Shown in pieces: positions 53,478 to 64,000 of a stretch of DNA of 64,000 nucleotides. Below the pieces are notes generated by a model. That model was not told the origin of the DNA and ran no database searches. It saw nothing but the letters and a program-made list of their open reading frames with translations. Numbering within the stretch: position 1 is the stretch's first letter; each line of letters starts with the position of its first letter. Origin of the DNA: Amphiscolops sp. MND2022 (taxonomy: Eukaryota); the NCBI GenBank assembly GCA_964187785.1, contig OZ076409.1:16370001-16434000 (forward strand), in the 5' to 3' direction. The position numbers and the translations under genes are program-made.

Positions 53478-54262
53478 TTTTTGTCAGAAATGTGGTTTAA
53501 CTTCGGTGACAGTTTTGCAAAAGGGGTCAAATTGAAAAGATAGCACAAAACGGACAACGCCATCAGAAAGAGCGTCCAAAAAAACCCCCATGCTGAAATT
53601 TTCGCCGCCATCACTTGAATTTTCATTGAGTTATGTCATTTTTACTATTTTCACAAAATGTGGTTTAACTTCGGTGACAGTTTTGCAAAAGGGGTCAAAA
53701 TGAACAGATAGCAAAAAACGGACAACGGCATTGGAAAGAGGGCCCAAAATTACCCCTAAAACGTGTTTTTCACACTCCTGAGTCGACTTTTGATAATACA
53801 TGGAATTTCATTTTTAAGCTTACTAATTTATGCTTTTCAGCATACATTTTCGTAATAGAGTCAAAATTTTGCTTTCTCACACTTTTTCTGGAATATTTTT
53901 GTTTCATCAGATGTCAATAACTTGAAACGTCGTCTTTTCATGAGAATTTCTCCTCAAAACAAGTTGTTGGCTGGTAATGGTAAGTCCGTACCGCAGATAG
54001 GAGTCTCGCGCTCCAAAAATTGACTCTTTGCTTTTAGCCTAATTGTTGTGATAAACTTATTAAATAGGTAAGTATTCCAACCCTATTGATAAGTTTTATT
54101 TGAAAGCAGACTGCGAAAGTGGTCTGCTGCCCAATTTTTGAACAAGGAACAAGCTAGTCTGCACTAACTTAAAAGTTACGCGTATTTTGACCGAGAAAAT
54201 TTTCGTATCATTGTACGTAATTTTGTTGTTAAGCATATAAAGCTATTGATTTTACAATGATC

Positions 54263-54381
54263 GGCTACGACCATACCATGTTGAATGCACCGGTTCTCGT
54301 CCGATCACCGAAGTTAAACAACATAGGGCCTGGTTAGTACTTGGATGGGAGACCGCTTGGGAACACCAGGTGTTGTAGCCT
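54263..54381 (+). rRNA. 5S rRNA: 5S rRNA
   Basis: Array copy. Confidence 0.98.
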
Positions 54382-55166
54382 TTTTTGTCAGAAATGTGGT
54401 TTAACTTCGGTGACAGTTTTGCAAAAGGGGTCAAATTGAAAAGATAGCACAAAACGGACAACGCCATCAGAAAGAGCGTCCAAAAAAACCCCCATGCTGA
54501 AATTTTCGCCGCCATCACTTGAATTTTCATTGAGTTATGTCATTTTTACTATTTTCACAAAATGTGGTTTAACTTCGGTGACAGTTTTGCAAAAGGGGTC
54601 AAAATGAACAGATAGCAAAAAACGGACAACGGCATTGGAAAGAGGGCCCAAAATTACCCCTAAAACGTGTTTTTCACACTCCTGAGTCGACTTTTGATAA
54701 TACATGGAATTTCATTTTTAAGCTTACTAATTTATGCTTTTCAGCATACATTTTCGTAATAGAGTCAAAATTTTGCTTTCTCACAATTTTTCTGGAATAT
54801 TTTTGTTTCATCAGATGTCAATAACTTGAAACGTCGTCTTTTCATGAGAATTTCTCCTCAAAACAAGTTGTTGGCTGGTAATGGTAAGTCCGTACCGCAG
54901 ATAGGAGTCTCGCGCTCCAAAAATTGACTCTTTGCTTTTAGCCTAATTGTTGTGATAAACTTATTAAATAGGTAAGTATTCCAACCCTATTGATAAGTTT
55001 TATTTGAAAGCAGACTGCGAAAGTGGTCTGCTGCCCAATTTTTGAACAAGGAACAAGCTAGTCTGCACTAACTTAAAAGTTACGCGTATTTTGACCGAGA
55101 AAATTTTCGTATCATTGTACGTAATTTTGTTGTTAAGCATATAAAGCTATTGATTTTACAATGATC

Positions 55167-55285
55167 GGCTACGACCATACCATGTTGAATGCACCGGTTC
55201 TCGTCCGATCACCGAAGTTAAACAACATAGGGCCTGGTTAGTACTTGGATGGGAGACCGCTTGGGAACACCAGGTGTTGTAGCCT
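55167..55285 (+). rRNA. 5S rRNA: 5S rRNA
   Basis: Array copy. Confidence 0.98.
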
Positions 55286-56070
55286 TTTTTGTCAGAAATG
55301 TGGTTTAACTTCGGTGACAGTTTTGCAAAAGGGGTCAAATTGAAAAGATAGCACAAAACGGACAACGCCATCAGAAAGAGCGTCCAAAAAAACCCCCATG
55401 CTGAAATTTTCGCCGCCATCACTTGAATTTTCATTGAGTTATGTCATTTTTACTATTTTCACAAAATGTGGTTTAACTTCGGTGACAGTTTTGCAAAAGG
55501 GGTCAAAATGAACAGATAGCAAAAAACGGACAACGGCATTGGAAAGAGGGCCCAAAATTACCCCTAAAACGTGTTTTTCACACTCCTGAGTCGACTTTTG
55601 ATAATACATGGAATTTCATTTTTAAGCTTACTAATTTATGCTTTTCAGCATACATTTTCGTAATAGAGTCAAAATTTTGCTTTCTCACAATTTTTCTGGA
55701 ATATTTTTGTTTCATCAGATGTCAATAACTTGAAACGTCGTCTTTTCATGAGAATTTCTCCTCAAAACAAGTTGTTGGCTGGTAATGGTAAGTCCGTACC
55801 GCAGATAGGAGTCTCGCGCTCCAAAAATTGACTCTTTGCTTTTAGCCTAATTGTTGTGATAAACTTATTAAATAGGTAAGTATTCCAACCCTATTGATAA
55901 GTTTTATTTGAAAGCAGACTGCGAAAGTGGTCTGCTGCCCAATTTTTGAACAAGGAACAAGCTAGTCTGCACTAACTTAAAAGTTACGCGTATTTTGACC
56001 GAGAAAATTTTCGTATCATTGTACGTAATTTTGTTGTTAAGCATATAAAGCTATTGATTTTACAATGATC

Positions 56071-56189
56071 GGCTACGACCATACCATGTTGAATGCACCG
56101 GTTCTCGTCCGATCACCGAAGTTAAACAACATAGGGCCTGGTTAGTACTTGGATGGGAGACCGCTTGGGAACACCAGGTGTTGTAGCCT
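56071..56189 (+). rRNA. 5S rRNA: 5S rRNA
   Basis: Array copy. Confidence 0.98.
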
Positions 56190-56974
56190 TTTTTGTCAGA
56201 AATGTGGTTTAACTTCGGTGACAGTTTTGCAAAAGGGGTCAAATTGAAAAGATAGCACAAAACGGACAACGCCATCAGAAAGAGCGTCCAAAAAAACCCC
56301 CATGCTGAAATTTTCGCCGCCATCACTTGAATTTTCATTGAGTTATGTCATTTTTACTATTTTCACAAAATGTGGTTTAACTTCGGTGACAGTTTTGCAA
56401 AAGGGGTCAAAATGAACAGATAGCAAAAAACGGACAACGGCATTGGAAAGAGGGCCCAAAATTACCCCTAAAACGTGTTTTTCACACTCCTGAGTCGACT
56501 TTTGATAATACATGGAATTTCATTTTTAAGCTTACTAATTTATGCTTTTCAGCATACATTTTCGTAATAGAGTCAAAATTTTGCTTTCTCACAATTTTTC
56601 TGGAATATTTTTGTTTCATCAGATGTCAATAACTTGAAACGTCGTCTTTTCATGAGAATTTCTCCTCAAAACAAGTTGTTGGCTGGTAATGGTAAGTCCG
56701 TACCGCAGATAGGAGTCTCGCGCTCCAAAAATTGACTCTTTGCTTTTAGCCTAATTGTTGTGATAAACTTATTAAATAGGTAAGTATTCCAACCCTATTG
56801 ATAAGTTTTATTTGAAAGCAGACTGCGAAAGTGGTCTGCTGCCCAATTTTTGAACAAGGAACAAGCTAGTCTGCACTAACTTAAAAGTTACGCGTATTTT
56901 GACCGAGAAAATTTTCGTATCATTGTACGTAATTTTGTTGTTAAGCATATAAAGCTATTGATTTTACAATGATC

Positions 56975-57093
56975 GGCTACGACCATACCATGTTGAATGC
57001 ACCGGTTCTCGTCCGATCACCGAAGTTAAACAACATAGGGCCTGGTTAGTACTTGGATGGGAGACCGCTTGGGAACACCAGGTGTTGTAGCCT
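56975..57093 (+). rRNA. 5S rRNA: 5S rRNA
   Basis: Array copy. Confidence 0.98.
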
Positions 57094-57878
57094 TTTTTGT
57101 CAGAAATGTGGTTTAACTTCGGTGACAGTTTTGCAAAAGGGGTCAAATTGAAAAGATAGCACAAAACGGACAACGCCATCAGAAAGAGCGTCCAAAAAAA
57201 CCCCCATGCTGAAATTTTCGCCGCCATCACTTGAATTTTCATTGAGTTATGTCATTTTTACTATTTTCACAAAATGTGGTTTAACTTCGGTGACAGTTTT
57301 GCAAAAGGGGTCAAAATGAACAGATAGCAAAAAACGGACAACGGCATTGGAAAGAGGGCCCAAAATTACCCCTAAAACGTGTTTTTCACACTCCTGAGTC
57401 GACTTTTGATAATACATGGAATTTCATTTTTAAGCTTACTAATTTATGCTTTTCAGCATACATTTTCGTAATAGAGTCAAAATTTTGCTTTCTCACAATT
57501 TTTCTGGAATATTTTTGTTTCATCAGATGTCAATAACTTGAAACGTCGTCTTTTCATGAGAATTTCTCCTCAAAACAAGTTGTTGGCTGGTAATGGTAAG
57601 TCCGTACCGCAGATAGGAGTCTCGCGCTCCAAAAATTGACTCTTTGCTTTTAGCCTAATTGTTGTGATAAACTTATTAAATAGGTAAGTATTCCAACCCT
57701 ATTGATAAGTTTTATTTGAAAGCAGACTGCGAAAGTGGTCTGCTGCCCAATTTTTGAACAAGGAACAAGCTAGTCTGCACTAACTTAAAAGTTACGCGTA
57801 TTTTGACCGAGAAAATTTTCGTATCATTGTACGTAATTTTGTTGTTAAGCATATAAAGCTATTGATTTTACAATGATC

Positions 57879-57997
57879 GGCTACGACCATACCATGTTGA
57901 ATGCACCGGTTCTCGTCCGATCACCGAAGTTAAACAACATAGGGCCTGGTTAGTACTTGGATGGGAGACCGCTTGGGAACACCAGGTGTTGTAGCCT
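57879..57997 (+). rRNA. 5S rRNA: 5S rRNA
   Basis: Array copy. Confidence 0.98.
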
Positions 57998-58782
57998 TTT
58001 TTGTCAGAAATGTGGTTTAACTTCGGTGACAGTTTTGCAAAAGGGGTCAAATTGAAAAGATAGCACAAAACGGACAACGCCATCAGAAAGAGCGTCCAAA
58101 AAAACCCCCATGCTGAAATTTTCGCCGCCATCACTTGAATTTTCATTGAGTTATGTCATTTTTACTATTTTCACAAAATGTGGTTTAACTTCGGTGACAG
58201 TTTTGCAAAAGGGGTCAAAATGAACAGATAGCAAAAAACGGACAACGGCATTGGAAAGAGGGCCCAAAATTACCCCTAAAACGTGTTTTTCACACTCCTG
58301 AGTCGACTTTTGATAATACATGGAATTTCATTTTTAAGCTTACTAATTTATGCTTTTCAGCATACATTTTCGTAATAGAGTCAAAATTTTGCTTTCTCAC
58401 ACTTTTTCTGGAATATTTTTGTTTCATCAGATGTCAATAACTTGAAACGTCGTCTTTTCATGAGAATTTCTCCTCAAAACAAGTTGTTGGCTGGTAATGG
58501 TAAGTCCGTACCGCAGATAGGAGTCTCGCGCTCCAAAAATTGACTCTTTGCTTTTAGCCTAATTGTTGTGATAAACTTATTAAATAGGTAAGTATTCCAA
58601 CCCTATTGATAAGTTTTATTTGAAAGCAGACTGCGAAAGTGGTCTGCTGCCCAATTTTTGAACAAGGAACAAGCTAGTCTGCACTAACTTAAAAGTTACG
58701 CGTATTTTGACCGAGAAAATTTTCGTATCATTGTACGTAATTTTGTTGTTAAGCATATAAAGCTATTGATTTTACAATGATC

Positions 58783-58901
58783 GGCTACGACCATACCATG
58801 TTGAATGCACCGGTTCTCGTCCGATCACCGAAGTTAAACAACATAGGGCCTGGTTAGTACTTGGATGGGAGACCGCTTGGGAACACCAGGTGTTGTAGCC
58901 T
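58783..58901 (+). rRNA. 5S rRNA: 5S rRNA
   Basis: Array copy. Confidence 0.98.
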
Positions 58902-59686
58902 TTTTTGTCAGAAATGTGGTTTAACTTCGGTGACAGTTTTGCAAAAGGGGTCAAATTGAAAAGATAGCACAAAACGGACAACGCCATCAGAAAGAGCGTC
59001 CAAAAAAACCCCCATGCTGAAATTTTCGCCGCCATCACTTGAATTTTCATTGAGTTATGTCATTTTTACTATTTTCACAAAATGTGGTTTAACTTCGGTG
59101 ACAGTTTTGCAAAAGGGGTCAAAATGAACAGATAGCAAAAAACGGACAACGGCATTGGAAAGAGGGCCCAAAATTACCCCTAAAACGTGTTTTTCACACT
59201 CCTGAGTCGACTTTTGATAATACATGGAATTTCATTTTTAAGCTTACTAATTTATGCTTTTCAGCATACATTTTCGTAATAGAGTCAAAATTTTGCTTTC
59301 TCACAATTTTTCTGGAATATTTTTGTTTCATCAGATGTCAATAACTTGAAACGTCGTCTTTTCATGAGAATTTCTCCTCAAAACAAGTTGTTGGCTGGTA
59401 ATGGTAAGTCCGTACCGCAGATAGGAGTCTCGCGCTCCAAAAATTGACTCTTTGCTTTTAGCCTAATTGTTGTGATAAACTTATTAAATAGGTAAGTATT
59501 CCAACCCTATTGATAAGTTTTATTTGAAAGCAGACTGCGAAAGTGGTCTGCTGCCCAATTTTTGAACAAGGAACAAGCTAGTCTGCACTAACTTAAAAGT
59601 TACGCGTATTTTGACCGAGAAAATTTTCGTATCATTGTACGTAATTTTGTTGTTAAGCATATAAAGCTATTGATTTTACAATGATC

Positions 59687-59805
59687 GGCTACGACCATAC
59701 CATGTTGAATGCACCGGTTCTCGTCCGATCACCGAAGTTAAACAACATAGGGCCTGGTTAGTACTTGGATGGGAGACCGCTTGGGAACACCAGGTGTTGT
59801 AGCCT
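59687..59805 (+). rRNA. 5S rRNA: 5S rRNA
   Basis: Array copy. Confidence 0.98.
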
Positions 59806-60590
59806 TTTTTGTCAGAAATGTGGTTTAACTTCGGTGACAGTTTTGCAAAAGGGGTCAAATTGAAAAGATAGCACAAAACGGACAACGCCATCAGAAAGAG
59901 CGTCCAAAAAAACCCCCATGCTGAAATTTTCGCCGCCATCACTTGAATTTTCATTGAGTTATGTCATTTTTACTATTTTCACAAAATGTGGTTTAACTTC
60001 GGTGACAGTTTTGCAAAAGGGGTCAAAATGAACAGATAGCAAAAAACGGACAACGGCATTGGAAAGAGGGCCCAAAATTACCCCTAAAACGTGTTTTTCA
60101 CACTCCTGAGTCGACTTTTGATAATACATGGAATTTCATTTTTAAGCTTACTAATTTATGCTTTTCAGCATACATTTTCGTAATAGAGTCAAAATTTTGC
60201 TTTCTCACACTTTTTCTGGAATATTTTTGTTTCATCAGATGTCAATAACTTGAAACGTCGTCTTTTCATGAGAATTTCTCCTCAAAACAAGTTGTTGGCT
60301 GGTAATGGTAAGTCCGTACCGCAGATAGGAGTCTCGCGCTCCAAAAATTGACTCTTTGCTTTTAGCCTAATTGTTGTGATAAACTTATTAAATAGGTAAG
60401 TATTCCAACCCTATTGATAAGTTTTATTTGAAAGCAGACTGCGAAAGTGGTCTGCTGCCCAATTTTTGAACAAGGAACAAGCTAGTCTGCACTAACTTAA
60501 AAGTTACGCGTATTTTGACCGAGAAAATTTTCGTATCATTGTACGTAATTTTGTTGTTAAGCATATAAAGCTATTGATTTTACAATGATC

Positions 60591-60709
60591 GGCTACGACC
60601 ATACCATGTTGAATGCACCGGTTCTCGTCCGATCACCGAAGTTAAACAACATAGGGCCTGGTTAGTACTTGGATGGGAGACCGCTTGGGAACACCAGGTG
60701 TTGTAGCCT
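60591..60709 (+). rRNA. 5S rRNA: 5S rRNA
   Basis: Array copy. Confidence 0.98.
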
Positions 60710-61494
60710 TTTTTGTCAGAAATGTGGTTTAACTTCGGTGACAGTTTTGCAAAAGGGGTCAAATTGAAAAGATAGCACAAAACGGACAACGCCATCAGAA
60801 AGAGCGTCCAAAAAAACCCCCATGCTGAAATTTTCGCCGCCATCACTTGAATTTTCATTGAGTTATGTCATTTTTACTATTTTCACAAAATGTGGTTTAA
60901 CTTCGGTGACAGTTTTGCAAAAGGGGTCAAAATGAACAGATAGCAAAAAACGGACAACGGCATTGGAAAGAGGGCCCAAAATTACCCCTAAAACGTGTTT
61001 TTCACACTCCTGAGTCGACTTTTGATAATACATGGAATTTCATTTTTAAGCTTACTAATTTATGCTTTTCAGCATACATTTTCGTAATAGAGTCAAAATT
61101 TTGCTTTCTCACACTTTTTCTGGAATATTTTTGTTTCATCAGATGTCAATAACTTGAAACGTCGTCTTTTCATGAGAATTTCTCCTCAAAACAAGTTGTT
61201 GGCTGGTAATGGTAAGTCCGTACCGCAGATAGGAGTCTCGCGCTCCAAAAATTGACTCTTTGCTTTTAGCCTAATTGTTGTGATAAACTTATTAAATAGG
61301 TAAGTATTCCAACCCTATTGATAAGTTTTATTTGAAAGCAGACTGCGAAAGTGGTCTGCTGCCCAATTTTTGAACAAGGAACAAGCTAGTCTGCACTAAC
61401 TTAAAAGTTACGCGTATTTTGACCGAGAAAATTTTCGTATCATTGTACGTAATTTTGTTGTTAAGCATATAAAGCTATTGATTTTACAATGATC

Positions 61495-61613
61495 GGCTAC
61501 GACCATACCATGTTGAATGCACCGGTTCTCGTCCGATCACCGAAGTTAAACAACATAGGGCCTGGTTAGTACTTGGATGGGAGACCGCTTGGGAACACCA
61601 GGTGTTGTAGCCT
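61495..61613 (+). rRNA. 5S rRNA: 5S rRNA
   Basis: Array copy. Confidence 0.98.
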
Positions 61614-62398
61614 TTTTTGTCAGAAATGTGGTTTAACTTCGGTGACAGTTTTGCAAAAGGGGTCAAATTGAAAAGATAGCACAAAACGGACAACGCCATC
61701 AGAAAGAGCGTCCAAAAAAACCCCCATGCTGAAATTTTCGCCGCCATCACTTGAATTTTCATTGAGTTATGTCATTTTTACTATTTTCACAAAATGTGGT
61801 TTAACTTCGGTGACAGTTTTGCAAAAGGGGTCAAAATGAACAGATAGCAAAAAACGGACAACGGCATTGGAAAGAGGGCCCAAAATTACCCCTAAAACGT
61901 GTTTTTCACACTCCTGAGTCGACTTTTGATAATACATGGAATTTCATTTTTAAGCTTACTAATTTATGCTTTTCAGCATACATTTTCGTAATAGAGTCAA
62001 AATTTTGCTTTCTCACACTTTTTCTGGAATATTTTTGTTTCATCAGATGTCAATAACTTGAAACGTCGTCTTTTCATGAGAATTTCTCCTCAAAACAAGT
62101 TGTTGGCTGGTAATGGTAAGTCCGTACCGCAGATAGGAGTCTCGCGCTCCAAAAATTGACTCTTTGCTTTTAGCCTAATTGTTGTGATAAACTTATTAAA
62201 TAGGTAAGTATTCCAACCCTATTGATAAGTTTTATTTGAAAGCAGACTGCGAAAGTGGTCTGCTGCCCAATTTTTGAACAAGGAACAAGCTAGTCTGCAC
62301 TAACTTAAAAGTTACGCGTATTTTGACCGAGAAAATTTTCGTATCATTGTACGTAATTTTGTTGTTAAGCATATAAAGCTATTGATTTTACAATGATC

Positions 62399-62517
62399 GG
62401 CTACGACCATACCATGTTGAATGCACCGGTTCTCGTCCGATCACCGAAGTTAAACAACATAGGGCCTGGTTAGTACTTGGATGGGAGACCGCTTGGGAAC
62501 ACCAGGTGTTGTAGCCT
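62399..62517 (+). rRNA. 5S rRNA: 5S rRNA
   Basis: Array copy. Confidence 0.98.
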
Positions 62518-63302
62518 TTTTTGTCAGAAATGTGGTTTAACTTCGGTGACAGTTTTGCAAAAGGGGTCAAATTGAAAAGATAGCACAAAACGGACAACGC
62601 CATCAGAAAGAGCGTCCAAAAAAACCCCCATGCTGAAATTTTCGCCGCCATCACTTGAATTTTCATTGAGTTATGTCATTTTTACTATTTTCACAAAATG
62701 TGGTTTAACTTCGGTGACAGTTTTGCAAAAGGGGTCAAAATGAACAGATAGCAAAAAACGGACAACGGCATTGGAAAGAGGGCCCAAAATTACCCCTAAA
62801 ACGTGTTTTTCACACTCCTGAGTCGACTTTTGATAATACATGGAATTTCATTTTTAAGCTTACTAATTTATGCTTTTCAGCATACATTTTCGTAATAGAG
62901 TCAAAATTTTGCTTTCTCACACTTTTTCTGGAATATTTTTGTTTCATCAGATGTCAATAACTTGAAACGTCGTCTTTTCATGAGAATTTCTCCTCAAAAC
63001 AAGTTGTTGGCTGGTAATGGTAAGTCCGTACCGCAGATAGGAGTCTCGCGCTCCAAAAATTGACTCTTTGCTTTTAGCCTAATTGTTGTGATAAACTTAT
63101 TAAATAGGTAAGTATTCCAACCCTATTGATAAGTTTTATTTGAAAGCAGACTGCGAAAGTGGTCTGCTGCCCAATTTTTGAACAAGGAACAAGCTAGTCT
63201 GCACTAACTTAAAAGTTACGCGTATTTTGACCGAGAAAATTTTCGTATCATTGTACGTAATTTTGTTGTTAAGCATATAAAGCTATTGATTTTACAATGA
63301 TC

Positions 63303-63421
63303 GGCTACGACCATACCATGTTGAATGCACCGGTTCTCGTCCGATCACCGAAGTTAAACAACATAGGGCCTGGTTAGTACTTGGATGGGAGACCGCTTGG
63401 GAACACCAGGTGTTGTAGCCT
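63303..63421 (+). rRNA. 5S rRNA: 5S rRNA
   Basis: Array copy. Confidence 0.98.
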
Positions 63422-64000
63422 TTTTTGTCAGAAATGTGGTTTAACTTCGGTGACAGTTTTGCAAAAGGGGTCAAATTGAAAAGATAGCACAAAACGGACA
63501 ACGCCATCAGAAAGAGCGTCCAAAAAAACCCCCATGCTGAAATTTTCGCCGCCATCACTTGAATTTTCATTGAGTTATGTCATTTTTACTATTTTCACAA
63601 AATGTGGTTTAACTTCGGTGACAGTTTTGCAAAAGGGGTCAAAATGAACAGATAGCAAAAAACGGACAACGGCATTGGAAAGAGGGCCCAAAATTACCCC
63701 TAAAACGTGTTTTTCACACTCCTGAGTCGACTTTTGATAATACATGGAATTTCATTTTTAAGCTTACTAATTTATGCTTTTCAGCATACATTTTCGTAAT
63801 AGAGTCAAAATTTTGCTTTCTCACAATTTTTCTGGAATATTTTTGTTTCATCAGATGTCAATAACTTGAAACGTCGTCTTTTCATGAGAATTTCTCCTCA
63901 AAACAAGTTGTTGGCTGGTAATGGTAAGTCCGTACCGCAGATAGGAGTCTCGCGCTCCAAAAATTGACTCTTTGCTTTTAGCCTAATTGTTGTGATAAAC

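Larger units (their letters stand above)
3159..64000 (+). repeat. Tandem array of ~904-bp SL RNA + 5S rRNA units (67 5S copies; 66 complete SL copies plus a partial one at the window end)
   Basis: 904-bp periodicity is visible in the sequence and in the ORF track. Exceptions: one 903-bp unit, three 1034-bp units, one 736-bp unit and an N gap. Confidence 0.99.

Noticed and set aside
3159..64000. CRISPR-like, retron or DGR interpretation of an RT next to a repeat array
   Set aside because: The units are near-identical 904-mers with no unique spacers, the RT is a eukaryotic APE-type LINE protein, and the 5S gene has a eukaryotic Pol III internal promoter.

Overview
Eukaryotic (metazoan-type) genomic DNA with two parts. 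(1) 1..~3158: the 3' part of an L1/Tx1-type non-LTR retrotransposon on the + strand. Its ORF2 encodes an AP-endonuclease, a reverse transcriptase and a CCHC knuckle, with one +1 frameshift in an A8 run. (2) 3159..64000: a head-to-tail array of ~904-bp units (67 5S genes, one 200-N scaffold gap). Each unit carries a spliced-leader (SL) RNA gene (31-nt leader GCCTAATT...TTAAATAG|GTAAGT, GNRA hairpin, Sm site AATTTTTGA), and a 5S rRNA gene starts 226 bp downstream of the SL start. Element-side sequence joins the array exactly at the inferred 5' end of the first SL leader, which suggests a possible SL-targeting APE-type retrotransposon. Three SL genes carry a 113-bp patchwork insertion flanked by a 17-bp duplication that spans the splice donor. 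The spacer holds two antisense copies of the 5S box A region. The repeated minus-strand 92-aa ORFs are artefacts of the 5S antisense strand.
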